A DNA stretch of 64,000 nt from the IMG/VR virus record IMGVR_UViG_3300017987_000047. The stretch is one strand, 5' to 3'. The DNA comes from a virus. Lineage: Duplodnaviria; Heunggongvirae; Uroviricota; Caudoviricetes. Positions 48,749 through 57,578 of the stretch are shown in pieces. Below the pieces are notes generated by a model, which worked only from the letters and a program-made list of their open reading frames with translations, was not told the origin of the DNA and did not search any database. Every line of letters starts with the position of its first letter. Position 1 is the first letter of the stretch. The position numbers and the translations under genes are program-made.

Positions 48749-49300
48749 TTACTTTCCTAGCGCCTTCTTGGCTATTTTCCGTATAGCCTTGTCATCCGAT
48801 GTTAAAAGTTCCCGTGCGGGCCCTAGCTCTTTTGCATTTCTCCTTTCCCAAACGTCCTCGTTTATACGGAGGGTTGTAAAGGCCTTAAAAAAGAACGGGC
48901 TAAGGACATATGCTGTATAGATTTTTGGGTTACCTGTTTTCATATAACAAATCCTAAATAACCCATTATAGAAAAAGCTAATTCCGAAGTCATTAAATGT
49001 GGGGGATGGGTAAGCATAAATTGTGCGATCTTTCCATATTTCCCGAGCCTGAGAAACGGTAACAACAAAATGAATGAAACTAACGCCTAGAATAGGAAAG
49101 GTAGCATTAGATAAAATTTCAAAAATAAGCCCTCCTTCGAAGTTTAACTTTACACAGAGTATACTTAAAATTAAACAAATGAAAAATTCCAACGTGAGTA
49201 TTAAACTTGATACAAGAGGATGAACTCGACTGTATCCTATCTTTCTCAGAAATCTTCGGGAATTAACCCAGGTACTTTTTAGATAGCCGAACAGCTTCAT
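48749..49300 (-). CDS. Membrane protein with C-terminal motif
   Basis: Two hydrophobic segments; LLTSDDKAIRKIAKK. Confidence 0.6.
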   Translation of the reverse strand: MKLFGYLKSTWVNSRRFLRKIGYSRVHPLVSSLILTLEFFICLILSILCVKLNFEGGLIFEILSNATFPILGVSFIHFVVTVSQAREIWKDRTIYAYPSPTFNDFGISFFYNGLFRICYMKTGNPKIYTAYVLSPFFFKAFTTLRINEDVWERRNAKELGPARELLTSDDKAIRKIAKKALGK

Positions 49301-49601
49301 GGCGTGAGGACCCAATCAACTTGTAAAGGTCGTCGGGATGAAATCCCTTAACAAAATCTTTTCCTTTTGAAGAATGGAAAACCTCTGCTTTAACGTGGCA
49401 GTGTTCGCATAAGCTTATTCCATTTTGGGGGATATACCCCCCACTCGGCATTTCATTCCTGTCTACAATATGGTGTGCGTCAAGCTCTTCCTCTGCCTTT
49501 TCGGGAGTGGTTTTAAAACCACAACCGCGACAAGTATATTTGTCTCGTTGAAAAACAGCGGTTCGAAAAGCTCTTCGCAACTCTTTTTTCTTATTGCCCA
49601 T
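49263..49601 (-). CDS. HNH endonuclease
   Basis: RDKYTCRGC, LDAHHI, NGISLCEHCH. Confidence 0.85.
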   Translation of the reverse strand: MGNKKKELRRAFRTAVFQRDKYTCRGCGFKTTPEKAEEELDAHHIVDRNEMPSGGYIPQNGISLCEHCHVKAEVFHSSKGKDFVKGFHPDDLYKLIGSSRHEAVRLSKKYLG

Positions 49602-49824
49602 CCTTTAATCCCTCATCTGCCTTTTTCTCTTGGATCGTCTTTTCTTTATACCATTTTCGAGGGTTCCCGCACATTGAACATGAGCACCTCTTTCCATGGT
49701 TTAATTCCCGGCTAACTTCCCGCTCAAGCATGTCCGGCCGCGCCCCAAACACCCATTGGAGTCTTTTCGAAAGTTTTTGGCGCATCCGTTCTCTTTGGTG
49801 CATTCTGAATGGGGTATCTCTCAT
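49591..49824 (-). CDS. Hypothetical phage protein
   Basis: CSCSMCGNPRK motif. Confidence 0.6.
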   Translation of the reverse strand: MRDTPFRMHQRERMRQKLSKRLQWVFGARPDMLEREVSRELNHGKRCSCSMCGNPRKWYKEKTIQEKKADEGLKDGQ

Positions 49825-49838
49825 TTTTATCTCCTGCT

Positions 49839-50000
49839 TTAATCTAGTTTTAGATCCTTATCGCGCGTAGTCATCCGTTTTGCTGCGCGTATTCGTGTCT
49901 CTACTTCTGGTCGGGGAGGCTTAGTATACGCTTCTTTTATGGCTTTGCTAACTTTTTCTCTAAAATCTCTTAAGCTTTTCATTTTGTCTGCGTCCCGCAT
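49839..50000 (-). CDS. Small hypothetical protein (53 aa)
   Basis: Manual translation MRDADKMKSLRDF...KLD; fills the gap and has an SD. Confidence 0.45.
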   Translation of the reverse strand: MRDADKMKSLRDFREKVSKAIKEAYTKPPRPEVETRIRAAKRMTTRDKDLKLD

Positions 50001-50503
50001 CCTTTCCCCTTTCTCATTTTTAATTTTGCGAATCGTCTTTGCTTAGGTTCCTTCGAGGTTAGTAGGGCTTTTATATTTTCACCTTCAAAGGCTTTATTGA
50101 ACGTAAACCAAATCCAAGGCCGCTCTAAGGAATGGAACCAATTATAAATATTTTTAATTTTTATCTTTTTCCCTTCCACCCATATTTTCGCGGTTGGAAT
50201 ATATAGTATCTCGTTCTTTTCTTGAGGTATCTTTTGAAGATACCCTTTTTCTACTGCTGCCGTAATCAAAGTAGCTAGGTAGGAACAAAGAATGATATCG
50301 TCAACGCTTAAGGCATGGCGACACCCGAGATAAAAACAATAAAAGACGCCCGGAGTCTCGCTTACCATCTCCATGCACCCTTGGAATACCTCAACCGGCG
50401 GCTCGTTAGTCATCCCTCCAGCGAAATTACTACGCAGAATTTGGAGTATTGAATGGGTAGGGGCGCTTCTTAAAAAGCTAATAAACTCTTCAAACCCTTC
50501 CAT
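49979..50503 (-). CDS. Hypothetical protein with C-terminal motif
   Basis: LLTSKEPKQRRFAK. Confidence 0.6.
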   Translation of the reverse strand: MEGFEEFISFLRSAPTHSILQILRSNFAGGMTNEPPVEVFQGCMEMVSETPGVFYCFYLGCRHALSVDDIILCSYLATLITAAVEKGYLQKIPQEKNEILYIPTAKIWVEGKKIKIKNIYNWFHSLERPWIWFTFNKAFEGENIKALLTSKEPKQRRFAKLKMRKGKGCGTQTK

Positions 50504-50538
50504 GGCACTTCCTATTCATGAGACAATCTTCTGGTTAA

Positions 50539-50612
50539 TGGGCGTGGAGGGACTCGAACCCCCGATATCCTGCGCGTAAAGCAGGCGCTCTAGCCAGCTG
50601 AGCCACACGCCC
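50539..50612 (-). tRNA. tRNA-Val(UAC)
   Basis: CCTGC-TTTACGC-GCAGG; A73. Confidence 0.92.
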
Positions 50613-50969
50613 TTATGCATGATTCCAAAACCCCCAGGATACTTTTCCTCCGTTGTGTAAATCATCCGTAATAAATTTTACTTTATCGTAAAGCTCTTCA
50701 AACGTATAGAAATCGCCTGGCCCAGTCCATCTCCCATCTGGGAAAATATATTTATAATACCAGCCACGGCCGTCAACAGAAAAATTTTTCCCGATATGAA
50801 GAATTTCTTTATTTGGGAGCGTTATCTTAAAAAGAACCCTTTCCCAAAAATTAATTGCAAACTTTATGGCCTGGCACGTTGTTGGGAACCCAAGTCCCAA
50901 TATCATTTTCGCACGCTTACGAACTTCTGGATACTTATCCGTAAGAAGTTTTTCAGCCGGAAACTCCAT
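50613..50969 (-). CDS. Hypothetical protein with N-terminal motif
   Basis: LLTDKYPEVRKRAK. Confidence 0.6.
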   Translation of the reverse strand: MEFPAEKLLTDKYPEVRKRAKMILGLGFPTTCQAIKFAINFWERVLFKITLPNKEILHIGKNFSVDGRGWYYKYIFPDGRWTGPGDFYTFEELYDKVKFITDDLHNGGKVSWGFWNHA

Positions 50970-51415
50970 TTCTGCCTCCTGCGGTATTTTTTTGCCATTT
51001 TTCGAAGAAAAGGATCTTCGCTAGTTAAAAGTAAAAGTGTTGGTAGCTTCCTAAAAAGCTTCCCGAATTTTTCGGTGACCAAATCTAGGGTGTCTAGCTC
51101 TTTAGCTCCAAAGATATATTCACTATGGACACCACTTTTATAAGACTCCTCTCTCCGAACTTCTTCCACACGCCCTATAAAATCAACCTTAACAATATAA
51201 GATCTTCGAAACCGAGGGGCCCAGAAAATTTCAAACCATTTATATTTTTCATTGACGACCAAAGTTCCGGAGAAGAAATTCCAATATTTTCCCAGAGTCC
51301 CGAGGCCGAACCTTTTATTTACACGATTCCCTAGAGAATCTGCCTTCACGATTTTCCCATTTTTAGAGTTCTCAAAAACTACTTTAGCCAGGTATCCTAG
51401 CTCGTGGTTTTTCAT
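50903..51415 (-). CDS. Hypothetical protein with motif near C-terminus
   Basis: LLTSEDPFLRKMAKK; start moved to MKNH to avoid tRNA overlap. Confidence 0.6.
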   Translation of the reverse strand: MKNHELGYLAKVVFENSKNGKIVKADSLGNRVNKRFGLGTLGKYWNFFSGTLVVNEKYKWFEIFWAPRFRRSYIVKVDFIGRVEEVRREESYKSGVHSEYIFGAKELDTLDLVTEKFGKLFRKLPTLLLLTSEDPFLRKMAKKYRRRQKWSFRLKNFLRISIQKFVSVRK

Positions 51416-51429
51416 AAGATATTCCTTAG

Positions 51430-51518
51430 AGGAACGGGTGGGACTCGAACCCACAAATCGCATAAACGACTACTGGTTTTCAAAACCAGGCCCCGCACCT
51501 ACTGGGGTCAACCGTTCC
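51430..51518 (-). tRNA. Atypical tRNA-Ser(UGA)
   Basis: CTGGT-TTTGAAA-ACCAG, long variable arm, normal T arm, non-canonical D arm. Confidence 0.75.
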
Positions 51519-51525
51519 TAATTAC

Positions 51526-51777
51526 TTACATCTCTCTTGAAGATCCAAAGTGCTTAATCTCTTCTAAAAGAGTAAATAAATAGAAAGGCAACTTTTCTTT
51601 TTCTTCCTCGCTAAGCTTATCAATTCTCTCTTTTACTGTTTCGGCTTGCATCGCCATCCACCCTGCATGGTCGCCCCTAATGAAGTAACCAGTCCAATCA
51701 TCATTGATTTTGAGAGGGCCTGTTTCAATTCTTTGAGTTCTATCAATTGAATCTGTTTTAATTTCTTGCCGTTCCAT
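51526..51777 (-). CDS. Hypothetical phage protein
   Basis: RIETGP..DDWTGYFIRGD. Confidence 0.6.
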   Translation of the reverse strand: MERQEIKTDSIDRTQRIETGPLKINDDWTGYFIRGDHAGWMAMQAETVKERIDKLSEEEKEKLPFYLFTLLEEIKHFGSSREM

Positions 51778-51779
51778 TT

Positions 51780-52448
51780 TTACCTCAGTTCTAAAAGTGT
51801 CTTTCCAACATTCCGGATTTTCGGGCTCTTGTCTGTTAAAAGTGCTTCTACCTTTGCTTTCACAAGTTTTGAGTTCAATATAAAGTCATAAACAAATTGG
51901 GTAGTTTCATCTTTCACCGTAAGAGTATAAAACGTGCTACCTCCTTTATAAAAGCCACAAATCTTTTTACTATTTTGATTTACAAATAAATAGGCGTTTT
52001 GCTTATCTATAAAAAAATCTGTATACTCGGCTAACTCAGCAATCTTAGGAGGCTTCTCTCGTGTATTAATAGACCAATAAACTAGCTCTATATAAGTAAG
52101 AGTACCATAGTGATCATCCCCTTGAGGAAGATAATCTTCTACCATTCCTGTTTTGTATAGTTTTTGCCGATCCCCCAATAGGGCTAAGACGTAATGTTCG
52201 GAAAATTCTTTACAAAAGGTACGAAAATCTGTTTTCCCACTTAAATAATTCGTTAGTTTTTCTTTCGTTGTCTTTTCACAAGCCCAAGCTTGAAAATAAT
52301 TTTTGTGTCGGAACTCTTCTCGAAGAATCCTAAAAAACCAAACTTCCCCATCTTGAAAAGAAAAGATAGAGAGTGGGCCATCATACCAATCAAGGACGAA
52401 TCCCGTTTCTTCCCCCATTACAACATTCTTTAAGAATTTAACATCCAT
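51780..52448 (-). CDS. Hypothetical protein with C-terminal motif
   Basis: LLTDKSPKIRNVGK. Confidence 0.6.
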   Translation of the reverse strand: MDVKFLKNVVMGEETGFVLDWYDGPLSIFSFQDGEVWFFRILREEFRHKNYFQAWACEKTTKEKLTNYLSGKTDFRTFCKEFSEHYVLALLGDRQKLYKTGMVEDYLPQGDDHYGTLTYIELVYWSINTREKPPKIAELAEYTDFFIDKQNAYLFVNQNSKKICGFYKGGSTFYTLTVKDETTQFVYDFILNSKLVKAKVEALLTDKSPKIRNVGKTLLELR

Positions 52449-52824
52449 TTTTCTTTGCTAAAGCTCGAATTACTTGATTTTCATGGGTTAGTAGATTTTC
52501 AAAAGCGTCCTTGTCTTCTGTTAGGCGTAGGATCTCGGCACGAATTCTCCAAATATTTGTATTGTTCTGCCTACTTAAAAATCCGGCAGCAATCTTTAAT
52601 TCAAGATAAAAGGTATCAACCGTAATATCTAAAAGATTGTCTAGTTTCTGTTTCCAGAATTCGTATTCAAGGGATGCTTTAGTAACAACAACATCACTGG
52701 CGAAGACTAGAAACAGTTTAATAATGTCTTCCCCCGAGGGGAAGTTATCGAAAGTTTTTGTAATTAAGATATCATTTACGAAATCATGTTTTTGGTCCAA
52801 TCGTAAAGTTGTTTTATATTTCAT
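52438..52824 (-). CDS. Hypothetical protein with C-terminal motif
   Basis: LLTHENQVIRALAKK. Confidence 0.6.
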   Translation of the reverse strand: MKYKTTLRLDQKHDFVNDILITKTFDNFPSGEDIIKLFLVFASDVVVTKASLEYEFWKQKLDNLLDITVDTFYLELKIAAGFLSRQNNTNIWRIRAEILRLTEDKDAFENLLTHENQVIRALAKKNGC

Positions 52825-52826
52825 GC

Positions 52827-53138
52827 CTAATTTTTCTTTGGGTTAATTGCAATCACTATCCCATATATATTTTTTGTCCATCCGTTTACGTGACCATGAT
52901 TATTTGAGATCCGAAAACGACCTTTTTCATCAATCGCAGTCACCAGATGTAGCATATAATTTCCGCGGACTTTACAATATACAATCGCTCCAACCTTAAC
53001 AGATTCCAAATCCTTAACGGGAGCAATTACCACAAGATCCTTTGATTCAATCCTACCGGACATGGATTGGCCGGAAGGTCTATATTGCACTTCATTGCCC
53101 TGGAGTAATTGTTCTAATATAAAATTTTTACGTGCCAT
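52827..53138 (-). CDS. S24/S26 peptidase-like protein
   Basis: GQSM, IVYCKVRG..LH. Confidence 0.6.
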   Translation of the reverse strand: MARKNFILEQLLQGNEVQYRPSGQSMSGRIESKDLVVIAPVKDLESVKVGAIVYCKVRGNYMLHLVTAIDEKGRFRISNNHGHVNGWTKNIYGIVIAINPKKN

Positions 53139-53148
53139 CTCAAAAACT

Positions 53149-53433
53149 TTAATCAATCTCTGGGTTGTGTGGAGGGGGTACCGGTTCTGAATACTCTTCA
53201 ACCTCCGCATAGGTACAATTACGTAAAAGACTTTTTTGCCTAAACGGTTTGACGCTAGAGAATGTCCTCGTTTTTGGAGTCTTTAACTTAGACTTTTTAA
53301 TGTACTTTTTAGCCGCTTCTATCGTATCGAAAGTAGCAATCTCTTCCTGTGTTTCGTTGGGAACAAAATCTCCGCCAATTTCATCTTGGAAGTAATCAAT
53401 AGTAGTGCCAATAATGACGTATTTTTTCTTCAT
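53149..53433 (-). CDS. Hypothetical protein
   Basis: Packed in operon. Confidence 0.55.
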   Translation of the reverse strand: MKKKYVIIGTTIDYFQDEIGGDFVPNETQEEIATFDTIEAAKKYIKKSKLKTPKTRTFSSVKPFRQKSLLRNCTYAEVEEYSEPVPPPHNPEID

Positions 53434-53451
53434 GGTGTTTTTAATCCTATT

Positions 53452-53790
53452 CTAACACGTTAAATGTATTGCTAACCAAACCTTTTTCTTCTCAGCTCTT
53501 AAGTTTTTATACTCTTCTAACGCGTCGAAGGATTTAAGTACCTTAACCGCGTAGCCCCGGGATTCGAGATCAGAAATAGTTTCCGGGGGAACTAGCATCT
53601 TTCCTTCCACCCCGGTTCCAATAACTAAAATCGATTTTCCCAAGTCTAATGGGAGATCGTCTGGGATTAAATTATGTCCCGATTCCCTTCTCCAATTTTC
53701 TTGGACTTCTGCATCTGGAAGTATTATGAGATCTTTTTCGTATACCTCATTACCAATCCGCATCACTCCCCATCTAAAAACAATATCCAT
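53452..53790 (-). CDS. Mth938-like (DUF498) protein
   Basis: YEKDLII, SGHNL, LVIGTG, IHLTC. Confidence 0.82.
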   Translation of the reverse strand: MDIVFRWGVMRIGNEVYEKDLIILPDAEVQENWRRESGHNLIPDDLPLDLGKSILVIGTGVEGKMLVPPETISDLESRGYAVKVLKSFDALEEYKNLRAEKKKVWLAIHLTC

Positions 53791-53799
53791 TTTAAGCTC

Positions 53800-54177
53800 C
53801 TAGAGATACAAAACCATTATTCTTGCGCTTCCAGGTAATAATTCAAAACCATAGCTTGCGTAAAAGTTGTATAGGTCCATCTGCCTTTTTGCTTCGTCCG
53901 CACAAGCTTCTACAATTATTGTTTGAACCTCGTGTAAGCATGCTTGATCTATAAACTTTTCTACCAACTCTGTCCCATACCCTAAGCCTTGATAATTTGA
54001 TTCAACATTTATATTTTTCAAAATCGCAACTGGCAATATCTCTACGTCGCTTAGGCTATTAAGACTACCATAGTTTCCGGCGTGAATCTTAATTAACCAG
54101 TTTTGTAAATTTTGTCTTTTGTGATGGACATAACCGCAAATTTGTCCATGTTCATTTTCAATTGTTATATCAGACAT
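53800..54177 (-). CDS. GNAT acetyltransferase
   Basis: V...YQGLGYGTEL, FYASYGF. Confidence 0.8.
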   Translation of the reverse strand: MSDITIENEHGQICGYVHHKRQNLQNWLIKIHAGNYGSLNSLSDVEILPVAILKNINVESNYQGLGYGTELVEKFIDQACLHEVQTIIVEACADEAKRQMDLYNFYASYGFELLPGSARIMVLYL

Positions 54178-54526
54178 TAGAGTTTTCTTTAAAGATTTTT
54201 TTAGCGGCCCTTCTTAAACTAGGGTCTTCATTAGTGAAATACTCTTTTAATCCTGGGAGGTCTTCCTCTATACAGAAGTAATCCCATTGCATTAGAAACT
54301 CTTCTGTACAATCACGATTTCCTCGTAAGGTCGAAAGAACTATTTTTATATACGAACCATACGCCTTCCAACTAATTTCTTGAATCCTAAGACCTTTTTC
54401 TATTTTTAATATTTTCTTACATGCCCAAAATACTAGGTCATTTGAGTCTGGGAGGCTTTGAAAGTAATTGTCATTGTCTTTCCAATGGTGTAAACAAGAT
54501 TGCAATTGTATTTTATAGATCCCCAT
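54170..54526 (-). CDS. Hypothetical protein with C-terminal motif
   Basis: YFTNEDPSLRRAAKK. Confidence 0.6.
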   Translation of the reverse strand: MGIYKIQLQSCLHHWKDNDNYFQSLPDSNDLVFWACKKILKIEKGLRIQEISWKAYGSYIKIVLSTLRGNRDCTEEFLMQWDYFCIEEDLPGLKEYFTNEDPSLRRAAKKIFKENSNV

Positions 54527-55293
54527 TATTCTTTTGCCTTGTATCCAAGATGCTCCCAACTTTCAATAACTTCCAAAGGCAAGCCAACTTCTCTTTGGTC
54601 AAGACGATTTTGTGCGAGATCTAGTGCAAATGCTTCAATACTTTCTTGGGTTGCCTGGATTTTCCACTGAACTTCAGCCAGCTCCTTGTACCCCATGCCT
54701 TCCCAGAAAGATGGTTTCTGTGCCTCGTCTGGCCCAACAAGTTCAATTTTCCCCTCACGGATTTTCAACGCCACTAACGGCTTGGGCATTTCCTCACAAT
54801 GTTCCCGATCCATAAGAACACAGTTGATTGTGAGGAAAGGAAAAGCTTCCAATAAGATTTTCCAGTCCTCAAGGACGGCTTGCACGCTCGGCCACTTCCC
54901 AATATTTTCCCCAAAAAGTATTGTGCCGTCAGGGTGACACCATCCGCAGGGGCCTCCGATATAAGCATTAGAAATCCAGGAATTGTAAATATATTCCGTA
55001 GCAATATGTCCCCAACGTTTGCGCCAGGCAGCTATTGCATCCCAGTATGCATGGAAAGCTTTGAGGCGAGTTTCTTGAGAGTCCCCCGTTTCCCCTCGAA
55101 CTATTGCAGGTTCCTGAGGAATTTGGAGGATTCGTTCGACTGTCGCATTCCATTCCCTATTATTTCCGCCACCCCAAGAAAAGAAGTTATCCGTACGCCG
55201 AATAATTTCCAAAGCCTGTTTCGGCTCTAGTTTCTTCCCCACAATGATGCATTGGGGCCATTTAGGGAGGTTGGTGTTTAGCAAATCGTTCAT
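54526..55293 (-). CDS. Conserved-looking hypothetical phage protein
   Basis: LPKWPQ, EIIRRTD, GWCHPDG, NIGKWPS; start moved off tRNA. Confidence 0.6.
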   Translation of the reverse strand: MNDLLNTNLPKWPQCIIVGKKLEPKQALEIIRRTDNFFSWGGGNNREWNATVERILQIPQEPAIVRGETGDSQETRLKAFHAYWDAIAAWRKRWGHIATEYIYNSWISNAYIGGPCGWCHPDGTILFGENIGKWPSVQAVLEDWKILLEAFPFLTINCVLMDREHCEEMPKPLVALKIREGKIELVGPDEAQKPSFWEGMGYKELAEVQWKIQATQESIEAFALDLAQNRLDQREVGLPLEVIESWEHLGYKAKE

Positions 55294-55358
55294 GTTCTTT
55301 TCTTTCTGTGGGTCCTTTGCGTAAACTGCCATAAACGGAACACTATGGATATATTTTA

Positions 55359-55433
55359 TGGCCCGAGGCGGATTTGAACCGCCGACCCCCATCTTATCAG
55401 GATGATGCTCTGAACCAACTGAGCTATCGGGCC
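55359..55433 (-). tRNA. tRNA-Ile(GAU)
   Basis: TCATC-CTGATAA-GATGG; A73. Confidence 0.92.
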
Positions 55434-55453
55434 TTTATAATTGTGACTATTTA

Positions 55454-55542
55454 AGGAGATGGTGGGATTCGAACCCACGGGGCGGCTTTCACCGCCCACC
55501 AGAATAGCAACCTAGCGCCATAGTCCACTCGGCCACATCTCC
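55454..55542 (-). tRNA. tRNA-Ser(GCU)
   Basis: CTAGG-TTGCTAT-TCTGG; long variable arm; U73. Confidence 0.9.
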
Positions 55543-55583
55543 AAATTTTTTCTTTATCGGCTGGCCACATCTCCTTAAAATAT

Positions 55584-55946
55584 TTATGCTACTCTTATCT
55601 CTCTTGCCTTTTTTGCTACTTTCCTAACTTCTGGGTCTGAGTGGGTTAAGAACTCTTCGTAGTTGTGAAACGAGTATACGTGAATTTCAAAAACCAGGGA
55701 TGAAATATCCAAATCCCTATCGTCGGTATAAGCTAAAACTCTAAGATCTTCTTTTTCTACTCGCTTGAGTTTTACATCAAAGGAAAGGTGATAAATCCCT
55801 TTTTCCCAAGTTGAAATCCCATTTCTTACCGAAATTTCTTCCCAAGCATTCCTTTTGAGATAATCCTTAAAACTCTTAGTTGTGGGATATACCATTGAAA
55901 CATGCCCATTAATGTCCTTTAGGAAAAACTCTGGATACTTATTCAT
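55584..55946 (-). CDS. Hypothetical protein with C-terminal motif; paralog of next gene
   Basis: YLKRNAWEEI..WEKG; FLTHSDPEVRKVAKK. Confidence 0.6.
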   Translation of the reverse strand: MNKYPEFFLKDINGHVSMVYPTTKSFKDYLKRNAWEEISVRNGISTWEKGIYHLSFDVKLKRVEKEDLRVLAYTDDRDLDISSLVFEIHVYSFHNYEEFLTHSDPEVRKVAKKAREIRVA

Positions 55947-55949
55947 CTT

Positions 55950-56333
55950 CTAATCCCGAAGTTTTTTCGCGGCCTTAGCAATTAAACGCAGTTCTGGAAT
56001 CTCGCTTGTAAGATATTGCTCATAATCATCTAATACCACTGCGAAAATATCTTTCCTTAGGTCTTCCCAGGTTTTCTCCTCTATAAACTGTAAAAGCTCT
56101 AGGGTTTCATCCTCTATATAAGTCTCTATAGCAGAGAAATCAAGATAAATTTCCTCTTCCCCTTTTTTCCAAAAAGACCTAAAATCCTTAACTTTAATTT
56201 CTTTCCACCCGATTGTTTTAAGATACCGCTTAAGCTCCAAAGGTTTTGGAAGGCGAACACTGCAAAAAACTTCATCCCCCTCGTAATAATACGTCGTGAT
56301 GAATCCTGGTGTTTCTAGATTAGTTTTTTCCAT
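55950..56333 (-). CDS. Hypothetical protein with C-terminal motif
   Basis: YLKTIGWKEI..WKKG; YLTSEIPELRLIAK. Confidence 0.6.
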   Translation of the reverse strand: MEKTNLETPGFITTYYYEGDEVFCSVRLPKPLELKRYLKTIGWKEIKVKDFRSFWKKGEEEIYLDFSAIETYIEDETLELLQFIEEKTWEDLRKDIFAVVLDDYEQYLTSEIPELRLIAKAAKKLRD

Positions 56334-56343
56334 TTTTTCAACT

Positions 56344-56961
56344 TTATTTTAAGTCGTCAAGAAACTTCTTGATTTTCTTAGCGAAATTCCATATACCTTC
56401 TCTTAACCCCATTACGTACTCACGATCGATCGTCGGTATTTGGAAACATTGTTCATGACAAGCTTTAACTAATTTTCTAGTTTCGTCCCCGTATTTGTTT
56501 TTGAGAAATTCAGGATCTTGTATTGCAAAGTCTTGAATGTTATCCCAACGATCCACCAACTTAATTAGTTTTGCTTCTAGTGGGGCGTTTCTCATTCGCT
56601 CACACATCGCGAACTTACGCCATTTCCTTTTTCCTTTCAAACCTTTATCATTTGTCAACCAAAGTACCTGAGAGAGAATTGTATGAGCATCTTTCCCAAA
56701 AACTTCGAATTCTTCTAGCCGCATTTCGGTATCTTCGATAACATCATGCAGTAGAGCTGCTGCCACCATTTGGTAGTACCGTTTTGTTTCTTTAATCCCA
56801 TTTTCTTTACGATACCTATTTAATTCTTCCCAAACAGAAAGAGCTACTTTCTTGGGATGAGTAAAGTAAGGTTCTCCAGAAAACTTTCTTTTTTGTCCTT
56901 CATGCCAATACTCCCCTAATTGGAGAGCAGTTTCAATCATTTGATGTTCCGGTAATTCCAT
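56344..56961 (-). CDS. HD-domain (p)ppGpp hydrolase-like protein (Mesh1/SAH type)
   Basis: HEGQKRK.SGEPYFTHP, AALLHDVIEDT, IKLVDRWDN. Confidence 0.85.
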   Translation of the reverse strand: MELPEHQMIETALQLGEYWHEGQKRKFSGEPYFTHPKKVALSVWEELNRYRKENGIKETKRYYQMVAAALLHDVIEDTEMRLEEFEVFGKDAHTILSQVLWLTNDKGLKGKRKWRKFAMCERMRNAPLEAKLIKLVDRWDNIQDFAIQDPEFLKNKYGDETRKLVKACHEQCFQIPTIDREYVMGLREGIWNFAKKIKKFLDDLK

Positions 56962-56963
56962 TC

Positions 56964-57158
56964 TTATTTTTCCTCTTCAATAGTGTCACCACAATAGGCA
57001 CAGAAGCATGCTTCAATAGATGCTTTGTCAACCCCCATTATGATTCCATCAACATTATAAGGCGGGTAAATCAAGCCACAAGCTCGATCACGTTGATAAC
57101 TTTCTTTACAGTCATCGCTGCAAAGGTTAACTTTAATTCCGGCCACGGTCGTAATCAT
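56964..57158 (-). CDS. Small Cys-rich hypothetical protein
   Basis: CSDDC..CAYC. Confidence 0.5.
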   Translation of the reverse strand: MITTVAGIKVNLCSDDCKESYQRDRACGLIYPPYNVDGIIMGVDKASIEACFCAYCGDTIEEEK

Positions 57159-57200
57159 TCCTAATCCTTTGTGTTTCTGACCTTAATCGTACCAAACTTA

Positions 57201-57276
57201 TGGGCTGGGAGGGCCTCGAACCCCCAACGCGCAGAACTTCACTCTGCCGCTCTACCAAAAATTGAGCTACCAACCC
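57201..57276 (-). tRNA. tRNA-Phe(GAA)
   Basis: GCAGA-GTGAAGT-TCTGC; A73. Confidence 0.88.
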
Positions 57277-57298
57277 GTACACCTCAAACACTCACATC

Positions 57299-57577
57299 TC
57301 AAATACTCTCTTTCGTCGCTTTTCCAAAAATAGCTTCAAATTCAATTCGTCGCATATGAAACCAAAAAAATTGCTCATCTTCAAGCATTAAAATTGCATA
57401 GGTATTTGGTTTCGGCCTACAAATTAACTTTTCGCCTTCTAGATAACCAACTGTATGGTCTAAAAAATAATTCTTATGTGCTATTAGGTCATCCGTTCTG
57501 CATGAGAAACTCCGAAAGTCGCAAGCCCGCCACCGAGAAAAATCAAAAGAGTCAGCATAGAGTTTAGGAAGATCCAT
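57299..57577 (-). CDS. Hypothetical protein
   Basis: Packed in operon. Confidence 0.55.
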   Translation of the reverse strand: MDLPKLYADSFDFSRWRACDFRSFSCRTDDLIAHKNYFLDHTVGYLEGEKLICRPKPNTYAILMLEDEQFFWFHMRRIEFEAIFGKATKESI

Positions 57578-57578
57578 T

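Noticed and set aside
51430-51518. Selenocysteine tRNA
   Set aside because: The anticodon reads UGA (Ser), not UCA, and the D arm lacks the 6-bp/4-nt Sec geometry
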